64,000 bases of DNA from Clostridia bacterium (GTDB lineage: Bacteria > Bacillota > Clostridia > Oscillospirales > Acutalibacteraceae): the NCBI GenBank assembly GCA_017410325.1, contig JAFQRA010000034.1, positions 64,188 through 128,187 of the forward strand, read 5' to 3'. The notes below the pieces were generated by a model that saw only the letters and a program-made list of their open reading frames with translations, was not told the origin of the DNA and made no database searches. The position numbers were made by a program, and so were the translations under genes. Positions 43,723-51,982 of this stretch are shown here, one piece after another; the first letter of the stretch is position 1, and every line of letters starts with the position of its first letter.

Positions 43723-45231
43723 TCAATCATACAATACGTTTTCCGTACCCATAATTAGGTTGAAATCCTCGTCGTAGATATAGATATAGTCTGTATAAAC
43801 AACGGTCATAAACTGCTTGCCGCCGTATTCGCTGATTTCTATATCCTCGCAGTTTTCAAGGAACACTTCGCCTGTTTTGTAGTTGATAAGCTTGCTTATA
43901 CCTTTTATAACAGGCCATTCGACAAGACGTATATGGTTAATGATTGCAAGATTTGGAAAACCCTTGTAATCAAGATACTCGGTTTCGTAATCTTCATACT
44001 CGTGTGAGTTTACGGCTGAGTCAGATTCTTCATTATGATCGGCGTCTGTATCCGCACCCTTTGGATTTTCAATTTTATCCGTAACGTTGCCGTCAACGTC
44101 GAAATACCAGTCTGTTCCGTTTTCGTCAGTCAGGGAGAAAGTGCCGTCTTCTTCGCTATAGCGTGTTGCAGGCAGACCGTTTTCCTTGCAGGTAATAATT
44201 TCATCCGTGTACATATCACGGTAGTAATCGTCCTTTGCATCAATGTGTCCGCAGTAGTAAAGCAGTCTGTCGCCGATAGCTTCGTAGTATCTGGTCTGTC
44301 CGTCATAGTCAAACGTTGTGAATGAGTGCAGAAGATTGAGCGAATTGTCGTAAACTTCAACGTCTGCGTTGTCACGCACGGCAACGAAATATTTGTCCTC
44401 GGCTACGCTGTCGATGTCGCTGTAAACGGGCTCAAGCAGCCATTCGCCACTGTCTGTAATTATTCCGTAAAGCTGGGTTTCGGTGACTTTAACAACGGAT
44501 TTACCGCTTTCAAAGCTGACGAAAAAGTCGAACTCGTCAAACACGATGTTTCCGTCCATATCAAAAACAAGCAGGGGTGTTCTTTCTTCGTCCCAGTCAT
44601 AAGCACCCATCAGCTTCGTGTGCGAGCTTGTACCGTAATTCCAAGCATAGGAGAGGTTTTCTCCGCCCTCGAAGACTATGTTTCCGTCATAGTCGTAGCA
44701 TTTGAAATATTCATCGTACTTGCTCGTGAAAATCCTTTCGGGCGTGATGTGGTCGATATCACCGTCAAGCGTAACGGCCCACGAGCCGTCGGAAGCAACA
44801 AGCAAAGAGGTGCATTTGTATTCTCCGCCCTCGTAAAGCTCATTTTCTGTTATCTTCATATTGTAATATTTTTTGTCGTCAAGCTCGTACGTGCGGTATC
44901 TGTTAAAAACAGGGTCAACCACAATTTTGCCGTCAAGGGTCATAAGCCCGAAAAGCTCTTCGCTTAAATATCCGTTGCTCTCATCGTGGCAGTAACCGCC
45001 CGTGAAAATCACAAGTTCGCCGTAATCATCACGGGGAATGAGTGTGTCTGTAAATTCCTCGTACCAACGTGAAGCCTTAACTTCCTTTTTGATTTCGGGC
45101 ATAACGGATGCTTGCGCTGTTGTGCTTTCCGTTGTGTTTTCTTCGCCGTTTTGTACCGTGTTACAGCCGCAGAGCAGTAAGGCGAGAACGAGCGGAATGC
45201 AGATGAATTTTTTAATAAAAGTTGTTTTCAT
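43723..45231 (-). CDS. WG-repeat-like lipoprotein
   Basis: 502 aa with lipobox LLCGC. It has repeated ...DG(K/N)IV(V/F)(D/E)P.F... and LYGIITDSGEWLLEPVY units. Confidence 0.6.
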   Translation of the reverse strand: MKTTFIKKFICIPLVLALLLCGCNTVQNGEENTTESTTAQASVMPEIKKEVKASRWYEEFTDTLIPRDDYGELVIFTGGYCHDESNGYLSEELFGLMTLDGKIVVDPVFNRYRTYELDDKKYYNMKITENELYEGGEYKCTSLLVASDGSWAVTLDGDIDHITPERIFTSKYDEYFKCYDYDGNIVFEGGENLSYAWNYGTSSHTKLMGAYDWDEERTPLLVFDMDGNIVFDEFDFFVSFESGKSVVKVTETQLYGIITDSGEWLLEPVYSDIDSVAEDKYFVAVRDNADVEVYDNSLNLLHSFTTFDYDGQTRYYEAIGDRLLYYCGHIDAKDDYYRDMYTDEIITCKENGLPATRYSEEDGTFSLTDENGTDWYFDVDGNVTDKIENPKGADTDADHNEESDSAVNSHEYEDYETEYLDYKGFPNLAIINHIRLVEWPVIKGISKLINYKTGEVFLENCEDIEISEYGGKQFMTVVYTDYIYIYDEDFNLIMGTENVLYD

Positions 45232-45252
45232 AAAGCAACCCTCCCTGATTGC

Positions 45253-45281
45253 AATATAGCAACAGGGAGGGTAAAAGTCAA
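45253..45281 (-). promoter_or_regulatory. candidate promoter of the lipoprotein gene
   Basis: On the minus strand: TTGACT, a 17-nt spacer, then TATATT. Confidence 0.5.
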
Positions 45282-45333
45282 TATGAATTACAACATTGTA
45301 ACTATTTGTAATCTTTTATTAAAAGTTTGTTAA

Positions 45334-46776
45334 TCAATCAAAGAAATAGAGATTCTGTGCGTCATCACAGTATTGGAACTGCGGGTATTTTTCGTTGGAT
45401 TTTACTGTCGGCTGACCGTCGAATTCGCTTAACCAGAACAGCATATCTGCAACGTCCGAGCCGTAGTTACAGCAAACGTGAGATGCCCCCTTGATAAACC
45501 AGGTGTTGTCGGGGAAAAGGCAGGTTGAAGCGTCGATTACTCTGTCGGGTGAGAGCTTTGTCGGGTCGGCAGCAACGTAGTCGTCACCGAGGGTTTTGCC
45601 GTAGGGTGCAACCGTTGCACCGGCAGACATAAGCTCTGTTTCGAGCACTGCATCACTCTGTACGTAGGAGTGCTCGAAGGCAGGAATATGGGGCTTGCCG
45701 TAGGATGTGACAAGCATAACGCCTACGCCGTCAGCCTGCATCTTCGTGAGGAATTCATCGCGCTGAAGTCTGTACTGCTGGTACTTGTCGAGCTTGGCGA
45801 TAAGGCCTGCGTATTCTTCCTCAACGCCGCTGAACATCAGCTGCTTTGCGGCTTCAAAATCAGCCGTCTGCTGCATACCCCAAAGTCCGGGCCAGGTTGC
45901 AAAGGTTGAACGCATAAGCTCGGCGTAAACCTTTTCCTTGTGTTCGTCCATAAGGTTGTTTGCAAAGTCCGAAACGGCGTTGACAAGGCTGAGCGCCTTG
46001 AGCACGGTCCAGAGAGGCTTGAGGTCGGAAAGCGAGTCGTTGAGGAAGGTCATAAGTATATCAACGTCAATGCCTACCTTGCCTGCGTACGGGTCGGACG
46101 AGCAGTACGAGCCGTAAATTGCGGAGGAGAGGAAAATGCAGTTTTCAACCTTTTCATAGCCGTATTCGTCCAGATAAGCCTGGGTCATAACACCGCCGAG
46201 GCTGCAGCAGATAATGCGCACCTTGTCAGCACCGCTGTCGGCAAGCGCACGGTTGACTGCGGCATCAATCCTCTTTGCGGTGTCGTAGGGGTCAAGGCGC
46301 CAGTCGTACGTTACAAAGTAAACGTTTTCTGCGCCGTAACGCTCAATTGCCTCGCGCACAACTGCACCCTCTGCACCGGTTTCGTGGTTGAATTGGGCTT
46401 CCAGCGCCTCGGGGTAGTTGCTCATTGCAAGGGGATATTCCTTCACGGAAATATTGCCTATGCTTTCGCCGTTTTTATCGCACGCAAGGGGAGCAAAAAT
46501 GCCGCCTGCAATTTCAATTGCCATATCGGCAAAGGCCTCGTTGCCCTTGAAAATGCTAAGAAACAGTCCCTTGAAAACGGAAGCGACAATCGGGCCCGCC
46601 TCAACGCTCATTGCGGGGCGTTCGCTTTCCGTGCCCTGGTCAAGAATAAGGCCGCCGAAATCCATACCGCGGACTATTACAATCGGGTTTTCGGGCTGTG
46701 AGCCCTGAGCAAAGGTGCTCACCGAGCAGGAAAGACCAAGCACAAGCGCAAGGATAATACAAACTACTTTTTTCAT
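45334..46776 (-). CDS. secreted lipase/esterase (alpha/beta hydrolase, LCAT/PGAP1-like)
   Basis: Signal peptide MKKVVCIILALVLGLSCSVSTFA and nucleophile elbow-like CCSLGG. I place the start at the internal ATG. Confidence 0.6.
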   Translation of the reverse strand: MKKVVCIILALVLGLSCSVSTFAQGSQPENPIVIVRGMDFGGLILDQGTESERPAMSVEAGPIVASVFKGLFLSIFKGNEAFADMAIEIAGGIFAPLACDKNGESIGNISVKEYPLAMSNYPEALEAQFNHETGAEGAVVREAIERYGAENVYFVTYDWRLDPYDTAKRIDAAVNRALADSGADKVRIICCSLGGVMTQAYLDEYGYEKVENCIFLSSAIYGSYCSSDPYAGKVGIDVDILMTFLNDSLSDLKPLWTVLKALSLVNAVSDFANNLMDEHKEKVYAELMRSTFATWPGLWGMQQTADFEAAKQLMFSGVEEEYAGLIAKLDKYQQYRLQRDEFLTKMQADGVGVMLVTSYGKPHIPAFEHSYVQSDAVLETELMSAGATVAPYGKTLGDDYVAADPTKLSPDRVIDASTCLFPDNTWFIKGASHVCCNYGSDVADMLFWLSEFDGQPTVKSNEKYPQFQYCDDAQNLYFFD

Positions 46777-46906
46777 AAAATCTACCTCCAAACGGTTTTG
46801 GAAATTGCTGATGTAAAAATTATACATTGTTTTTGGGGGTAAATCAATAAAAATTTCGATATCCCAAATATAAAAATATATTTTTCGAAAAAATTAAATT
46901 TTTCTC

Positions 46907-46935
46907 TTGACAAACGACAAAGCGCTGTGTATAAT
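46907..46935 (+). promoter_or_regulatory. consensus promoter of tRNA-Gly
   Basis: TTGACA (46907-46912), a 17-nt spacer, then TATAAT (46930-46935). The tRNA 5' end lies 17 nt downstream. Confidence 0.8.
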
Positions 46936-46951
46936 AGCAACTGTTGTTTGT

Positions 46952-47027
46952 GCGGATGTAGCTCATCTGGTAGAGCGCCACCTTGCCAAGGTGGAGGTAG
47001 CGAGTTCGAGCCTCGTCATCCGCTCCA
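46952..47027 (+). tRNA. tRNA-Gly (anticodon GCC)
   Basis: Hand-folded cloverleaf: acceptor GCGGATG/CATCCGC, D stem GCTC/GAGC, anticodon stem CCACC/GGTGG with loop TTGCCAA, T arm GCGAG-TTCGAGC-CTCGT, and an encoded CCA. Confidence 0.93.
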
Positions 47028-47030
47028 AAA

Positions 47031-47070
47031 AAGAAGTAACTTTTGTTTACCAAAAGTTACTTCTTTTTTT
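47031..47070 (+). terminator. intrinsic terminator after tRNA-Gly
   Basis: 15-bp stem AAGAAGTAACTTTTG / CAAAAGTTACTTCTT followed by TTTTT. Confidence 0.85.
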
Positions 47071-47280
47071 ATCCATTGCGAAAGCAATGGCATATCATCA
47101 CGCTTTAGCGTGTATATCATTGCCGCAGGCGTATATCATCAACCGCAGGTTGTATCGCTTTCGCAATGATGATATACAACACTTCGTTTTGATGATATGC
47201 AATTTCTTGCGAAATTGATGATATACAAGGCTTCGCCTTGATTTTGTAAACGCTTAATATTGTGTCAGCGATATATCATT
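47071..47280. repeat. array of short hairpin units with TATATCATC / GATGATATA heads
   Basis: ATATCAT occurs at 47092, 47114, 47133 and 47273, and ATGATAT at 47169, 47192 and 47218. Each is joined to a different 4-6-bp tetraloop-type hairpin. GTATATCATC (47131-47140) and GATGATATAC (47168-47177) are perfect inverted 10-mers. Confidence 0.7.
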
Positions 47281-47293
47281 TCAAAACTTCCCC

Positions 47294-47322
47294 TTGACAA
47301 ACCGTAAATTCCGCAGTATAAT
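47294..47322 (+). promoter_or_regulatory. consensus promoter of the TPP riboswitch-thiT unit
   Basis: TTGACA (47294-47299), a 17-nt spacer, then TATAAT (47317-47322). Confidence 0.8.
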
Positions 47323-47336
47323 CCACTCAACAATTG

Positions 47337-47434
47337 AAAATGCCAAATGGGGTGCTGATGTTATCGGCTGAGAGTCGGGCTATTAAGTCCGTGACCCTTG
47401 AACCTGATCCGGGTAATGCCGGCGTAGGAATTTT
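47337..47434 (+). promoter_or_regulatory. TPP (THI-box) riboswitch
   Basis: GGGGTGC...CTGAGA...ACCCTTGAACCTGATCCGGGTAATGCCGGCGTAGGAA matches the THI element core, upstream of a ThiT gene. Confidence 0.92.
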
Positions 47435-47453
47435 AACGGTTGTAAAAACACTG

Positions 47454-47493
47454 AACACCAACGGGAAAATTCCTCTTGGTGTTTTCTTTTTTT
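47454..47493 (+). terminator. riboswitch expression-platform terminator
   Basis: AACACCAA / TTGGTGTT stem followed by TTCTTTTTTT. Confidence 0.75.
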
Positions 47494-47511
47494 ACTAAAG
47501 GAGTGTTTTCA

Positions 47512-48168
47512 ATGCAAAAAACCGTACTGACACGAACAGAAAAAACAAAACGCTTGGCCCTTAGCGGAATACTAATCGCAATGGCAACGGTGCTCTCATT
47601 CATCAAGGTGTTCGAGTGGCCGTTTGGCGGAAGCATTACCGCCGCATCAATGCTGCCGCTTGCAATGCTCGGCTACACCTACGGCGTGAGGTGGGGACTT
47701 GCCGTGGGACTTGTACACGGCGTTATTCAGGCAATCACGGGCGCCACAATGTCCTCGGCATTTGCAGGGCAGAGCGCAGGTGCAGTTGCCGCAATATGTC
47801 TGATTGACTATTTTATCGCCTTTTCCGTAACAGGTCTTTCGGGTATGTTCAAGGGTAAAATCAATAACCATACGGTCGGGTTTGCGCTTGGCACGGCGGC
47901 TGCCGTTTTCCTGCGTTACCTTTGCCACGTCACGTCGGGCTATATTTTTTACAAATCCTATGCCGACTGGTTTTTCGGCGAGGTTATGGTGAATGATTTT
48001 TCCGCAATGCTGATGCAAAAGTGTTCGCCCGATTTGCTCGGCCTGATTTATTCAATTATTTACAATGCCGCATATATGCTGCCCGAGCTCGTGATAACAA
48101 CCGTCTGTGCCGTGCTTGTGATTACTCTCATTCCTCCCGTCAGGCGTGAAATGATAAAATCAAAATAA
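47512..48168 (+). CDS. thiT: thiamine transporter ThiT (ECF S-component)
   Basis: The start ATG follows AAGGAG. It is a six-TM protein with ThiT-like sequence (FIKVFEWPFGGSIT...) and TPP riboswitch control. Confidence 0.85.
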   Translation: MQKTVLTRTEKTKRLALSGILIAMATVLSFIKVFEWPFGGSITAASMLPLAMLGYTYGVRWGLAVGLVHGVIQAITGATMSSAFAGQSAGAVAAICLIDYFIAFSVTGLSGMFKGKINNHTVGFALGTAAAVFLRYLCHVTSGYIFYKSYADWFFGEVMVNDFSAMLMQKCSPDLLGLIYSIIYNAAYMLPELVITTVCAVLVITLIPPVRREMIKSK

Positions 48169-48226
48169 ATTGTATAGACAAAACGGCTTTGTTGTGGTAT
48201 ACTCATAATGTTTGATTATAACTATT

Positions 48227-49186
48227 ATGAAAAGGAGTGCGGCGTATAAAAAGCCGCAGACAGACAGTATGCTTGATATCAAAGAAGCTCTTGCTAAAAT
48301 ACATTCTTCACTTGCTCTCACGATGAAGGAGGCAGGCTTTACCGCCGTTATTCCCGAAGGCATTGAAAAGGGCGAAGCACCTGTTGCTTCGGGTGACAAC
48401 GGCATAGGCTACAGGCTCGAATACAAGTCCGAGGCCGCCGGCCTCAGAATTGACTATTTCGACACAAAGCTCAATTTCTCAATTTCAACCGAGGTTGACG
48501 GTGACGGTCAGTTTATTAATTACGACCTTGTTTCCGTTTCTCTTCTCGACCCCGAAACTACAGACCAGAGCGATGTCAACTACATCTCGGGCGAGATTTC
48601 GGACACCGTTATGGCAAAGTTCTGCAAGCCCGACCCTGCAACGCAGAAGGTCAAGGCACCCAAGACGGTTTCCAAGGCTGCCGCAAGAAGCGGTTCCGTT
48701 TACTACGACTCCAACACGCTTGCAAGCCGCCTTACATCATCTCTCTATCCCGAATACAGAGCACAGTATAACGACAACATCAACCGCTACGGTGAGTTTC
48801 TTCCCGAAGAATTCTTCGCGGCGGGGTGTGCAGATGCAATCATTGCTACAATCAGGCAGAATGACCCTGCAAAGATGAAGAAGCTTTTCAATCTCCTCAA
48901 TGAGATTTATCTTGATGCAACCAACGAAACACAAAGCCTTATCGTTGTTTCTATTCTCGGTAAGATGGATAACGACCAGACTCTGCTTGCAAACTGTGTT
49001 GACTATATGTGTGACGATTTGCTCAAGCCCACAATCCGCGTAAATAAATTCTTCGCAACGGGTGCAGGCAAAACGGCAAAGGAAAAGCTTGCAAATCCCC
49101 CTGCATACAAGCCCAAAAAGGCAAAGCGTCCGAGCATAACGGAGCGCATGCTCAGCGGCGCACAGAACCAGCAGGGAAGGAAATAA
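48227..49186 (+). CDS. hypothetical protein
   Basis: About 320-aa soluble protein with a basic C-terminal tail (PPAYKPKKAKRPS). I recognise no family. The start is uncertain (ATG 48227 or 48269) and no strong RBS is present. Confidence 0.5.
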   Translation: MKRSAAYKKPQTDSMLDIKEALAKIHSSLALTMKEAGFTAVIPEGIEKGEAPVASGDNGIGYRLEYKSEAAGLRIDYFDTKLNFSISTEVDGDGQFINYDLVSVSLLDPETTDQSDVNYISGEISDTVMAKFCKPDPATQKVKAPKTVSKAAARSGSVYYDSNTLASRLTSSLYPEYRAQYNDNINRYGEFLPEEFFAAGCADAIIATIRQNDPAKMKKLFNLLNEIYLDATNETQSLIVVSILGKMDNDQTLLANCVDYMCDDLLKPTIRVNKFFATGAGKTAKEKLANPPAYKPKKAKRPSITERMLSGAQNQQGRK

Positions 49187-49189
49187 CAA

Positions 49190-49226
49190 AAAAGCTTATG
49201 AGTTCAAAAAACTCATAAGCTTTTTT
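49190..49226 (+). terminator. intrinsic terminator
   Basis: 15-bp stem AAAAGCTTATGAGTT / AACTCATAAGCTTTT followed by TT. Confidence 0.85.
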
Positions 49227-49346
49227 AATGCAAAATGCAAAGTTGAAAATGCAAAATTAAGGGTCACTTCGCTCCGATTATAATAAAATCGGGTGAGGGC
49301 GAAGCCCTCCCACAATTTTGCACTTTGCACTTTGCATTCTGCACTT
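49227..49346. repeat. long imperfect palindrome with heptamer-periodic arms
   Basis: The left arm is (AATGCAA)n at 49227-49258. The right arm is (CACTTTG/CATTCTG)n at 49314-49346 and is roughly complementary to the left arm. The centre contains hairpin GAGGGC-GAA-GCCCTC. Confidence 0.7.
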
Positions 49347-49349
49347 AAT

Positions 49350-50723
49350 TTATTTCCAGATAAACCAGATAAGCAGGTAGCCTGTTGTTACTGCGGCGAG
49401 AGTAAAGGGTACGCCGAACTTCATAAAGGTCGTGCTCCTGACCTCGTGCCCCTCCTTGCGCAGTATACCGATACCTGCAATGTTTGCGCTTGCACCGATG
49501 GGTGTAAGGTTACCGCCGAGGGTTGCACCGCACAGCAGACCGTAGTAGAGAATCTTGGGCTCAATGCCTATATCAGCCGCGATAACGGGCATAATTGAAA
49601 GCATTGTAGCCGTGTAGGGAATGTTGTCGATAAATGCGGAAAGGATAACCGACATCCAGACGATGATTGTATAGATAAGGAAGGGAGAGCCTGAACCGAG
49701 CGAGGAAATCGCGTTGCCTATAACGTCGATAACGCCTGCGTTCTTGATACCGCCGATAACCACGAACAGGCCTGCGAGAAGGACTATCGTGTAGTAGTCA
49801 ATTTCCTTGATTGCGTTCTTGACGATATCTTTGTTTTTCTTAACGAGAAGCTCGCGAAGAATTCCGATTACAAAGAAGCCGATGCATAGAACGCCGTTCG
49901 TGATGTCGGGCTTGTAGAACTGACCGGGTGCCGCGGCATCCTTATAAGGGATGAACGAAACCGCAATAAGGGAAACAACCGTGCCGAGCAGAAGGTAGGT
50001 GGGGAACTTGTCCTCAACAACCGTTCTGGAATTGAACTCGATCTTCGTCTTTTCCTTGCGGAACATTACCATAATTATAAGTGCGCTGACTAATGCACCC
50101 GCCTCGACAACCCAGAACATACCGGCTTTACCGTCGTCAACAAAGAAATCGGAGAAGTCGAGATTAGCCTGCTTTGCAAGCAGAATAGAGGTCGTGTCGC
50201 CGACGAGAGTTGCCGCACCCTGAAGGTTGGAGGAAACGGCAATACAGATAATTGACGGAACGGGGGAGATGTTGAGCTTTTTGCAGAAGGCAAGGGCAAC
50301 GGGGGCTATCATAAGCACGGTTGCAACGTTGTCAACAAAGGCTGAAACAATGCCTGCGAAAAGCGAAAGCGCAACGACCGTCCACATTATATTGGGCATA
50401 CGGGAAATGAGTATGTCGGACATCAATTGAGGCATTTTGCTCTCGATAAACAGATAAACGGTACCCATTGTACCGGCTATCATCATAATAACGTTCCAGT
50501 CAATTTCGCCGAGTGCTTCGGCAAAACCGTAGGAATAGCTGCCGCCGGCAAGGGTGAAAAAGCCTTCGCCGAACAAATCGGGTGAAACGGATGCGATAAT
50601 GCCAAGCGCAACAAAAATAATTGCCGAGCAGACGGTGATATAGGGCCTGATTTTCTGGAATGCCAGCATAAGCACGTAGGTGATGGCAAAGAGAATCAGA
50701 GCGGCGGTGGTAACAGGACTCAT
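49350..50723 (-). CDS. ArsB/NhaD-superfamily anion permease (CitMHS/SLC13-like)
   Basis: 457-aa polytopic protein. Family assigned from overall sequence style only. Confidence 0.6.
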   Translation of the reverse strand: MSPVTTAALILFAITYVLMLAFQKIRPYITVCSAIIFVALGIIASVSPDLFGEGFFTLAGGSYSYGFAEALGEIDWNVIMMIAGTMGTVYLFIESKMPQLMSDILISRMPNIMWTVVALSLFAGIVSAFVDNVATVLMIAPVALAFCKKLNISPVPSIICIAVSSNLQGAATLVGDTTSILLAKQANLDFSDFFVDDGKAGMFWVVEAGALVSALIIMVMFRKEKTKIEFNSRTVVEDKFPTYLLLGTVVSLIAVSFIPYKDAAAPGQFYKPDITNGVLCIGFFVIGILRELLVKKNKDIVKNAIKEIDYYTIVLLAGLFVVIGGIKNAGVIDVIGNAISSLGSGSPFLIYTIIVWMSVILSAFIDNIPYTATMLSIMPVIAADIGIEPKILYYGLLCGATLGGNLTPIGASANIAGIGILRKEGHEVRSTTFMKFGVPFTLAAVTTGYLLIWFIWK

Positions 50724-50927
50724 AAAAATCTCTCCCTGAAAAAATATTGCGGCGGAATAAAAAAGCAGAACCCACTTTGACAGCGGATTCTGCCGAAATA
50801 CAGATTAAACAGCGGTGCTTCATAAAGCGTGTACCGCAAAAATATATCCGGATTCCACAACCCACAACAAATAGAATAAACGCTTATTCTATGACAGACT
50901 CCACCACTTATTTTGGGTTGCGCTCAG
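50724..50927 (-). promoter_or_regulatory. structured 5' leader with intrinsic terminator (candidate riboswitch/attenuator, class unknown)
   Basis: On the minus strand the leader has helix CAACCCA...TGGGTTG enclosing hairpin ATAGAATAA-GCGT-TTATTCTAT, then GCGGTAC...GCACCGC. It ends in terminator GCAGAATCC...GGGTTCTGC + TTTTTT (50755-50794), about 35 nt before the ATG. Confidence 0.45.
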
Positions 50928-50956
50928 ATTATACCCCAATATATTTGCTTTGTCAA
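50928..50956 (-). promoter_or_regulatory. consensus promoter of the permease leader
   Basis: On the minus strand: TTGACA, a 17-nt spacer, then TATAAT, immediately after the degV stop. Confidence 0.75.
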
Positions 50957-50959
50957 TAT

Positions 50960-51802
50960 TTACTTTTTCAGTGCAATAAACGCCGCACAGTTAGGGCCGC
51001 AGTGTGAAACGATAGTACAGCCTGCCTTCATTTTGAGCACTTGGCTGAATTTGCCGCTGCTTCTTACAATGTCGGCAAGTGCTTCTGCCTGTGCTTCGTC
51101 CATAGGGGAGTATGTGAAAATTGCAAGCTCATCGTCATATTCTGCCGAAGCCATACGCTCTTCTATATACTGCGCCTGCACCTTGTCAATCTTTCCTCTG
51201 TACTTTTTGCACATTGAAAGCGTGCCGTCACGCATTTCAAGGCTCGGACGTATGCCGAGAATATTTGCGCCGAGCGCGCTTACCGCGGAGCAGCGGCCGC
51301 CCTTGGCAAGAAACTCAAGGTTATCTAGCACAAAGCTTGTGTCAGCCTTTTCCGTAAGGGTTTCAACGCCCTTGGCAATCTCCCGGGCGGACATACCGCT
51401 GGCCGCCATTTTAACCGCCTTGTTGATGAGCAGAACAATACCCGTTGTAAGGTGCTTGCTGTCAACGACGTAAACGCCGTCAAAATCGTCTGCAGCTATC
51501 ATAGCGTTGCGGCAGCTTGAGGAAATACCGGAGCTGAGCGCAATGTGAACAACGCTGTCGCCGTTTTTTGTAAGGTCTGCAAAGAAATCCTCGTACTCGC
51601 CTACGGGGATTGCTGAGGTTGAGGGCAGAGCCTTTGTTGCCCTGTAGTTTTCTACAATTTCCTCGGGCGTTACGTCAACGCCGTCAAGCCTGTCCTCGCC
51701 GTTTAAGATAACGTGAAGCGGAATAACCGCAACTCCCCACTTTTCTGCAAGCGCAGTGCCGATATCCGCAGGGCTGTCTGTTGAAATAATTACTTTACTC
51801 AT
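50960..51802 (-). CDS. degV: DegV family fatty-acid-binding protein
   Basis: 280 aa with a DegV-like sequence (IISTDSPADI...HIALSSGISSS...). Confidence 0.85.
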   Translation of the reverse strand: MSKVIISTDSPADIGTALAEKWGVAVIPLHVILNGEDRLDGVDVTPEEIVENYRATKALPSTSAIPVGEYEDFFADLTKNGDSVVHIALSSGISSSCRNAMIAADDFDGVYVVDSKHLTTGIVLLINKAVKMAASGMSAREIAKGVETLTEKADTSFVLDNLEFLAKGGRCSAVSALGANILGIRPSLEMRDGTLSMCKKYRGKIDKVQAQYIEERMASAEYDDELAIFTYSPMDEAQAEALADIVRSSGKFSQVLKMKAGCTIVSHCGPNCAAFIALKK

Positions 51803-51982
51803 TTTACTTTTCCTTTTTTAGTTGTAAATTTAGAATATTATACAATAAACAGTTTGCAGTGTCAACGGAAAGAATATTCGCCGCCGCTGCAAATGAAATT
51901 GTAAAAACGGAATAATCAAGTTGATTATATTGCGTTTTAATGCTATAATCGTGAAAATGAAAAGAATAAGGAGACTTAGGTT

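Noticed and set aside
46907-47218. 103-aa and 80-aa track ORFs spanning the tRNA-Gly region
   Set aside because: They read straight through a well-folding tRNA, its terminator and the hairpin array. They are artefacts.
47071-47280. Possible CRISPR array
   Set aside because: The units are 19-26 nt, differ in sequence, occur in both orientations and have no uniform spacers. No cas genes lie nearby.
49293-49598. 101-aa plus-strand ORF at the 3' end of the permease gene
   Set aside because: It starts inside the heptamer palindrome and runs antisense to the permease. It is an artefact.
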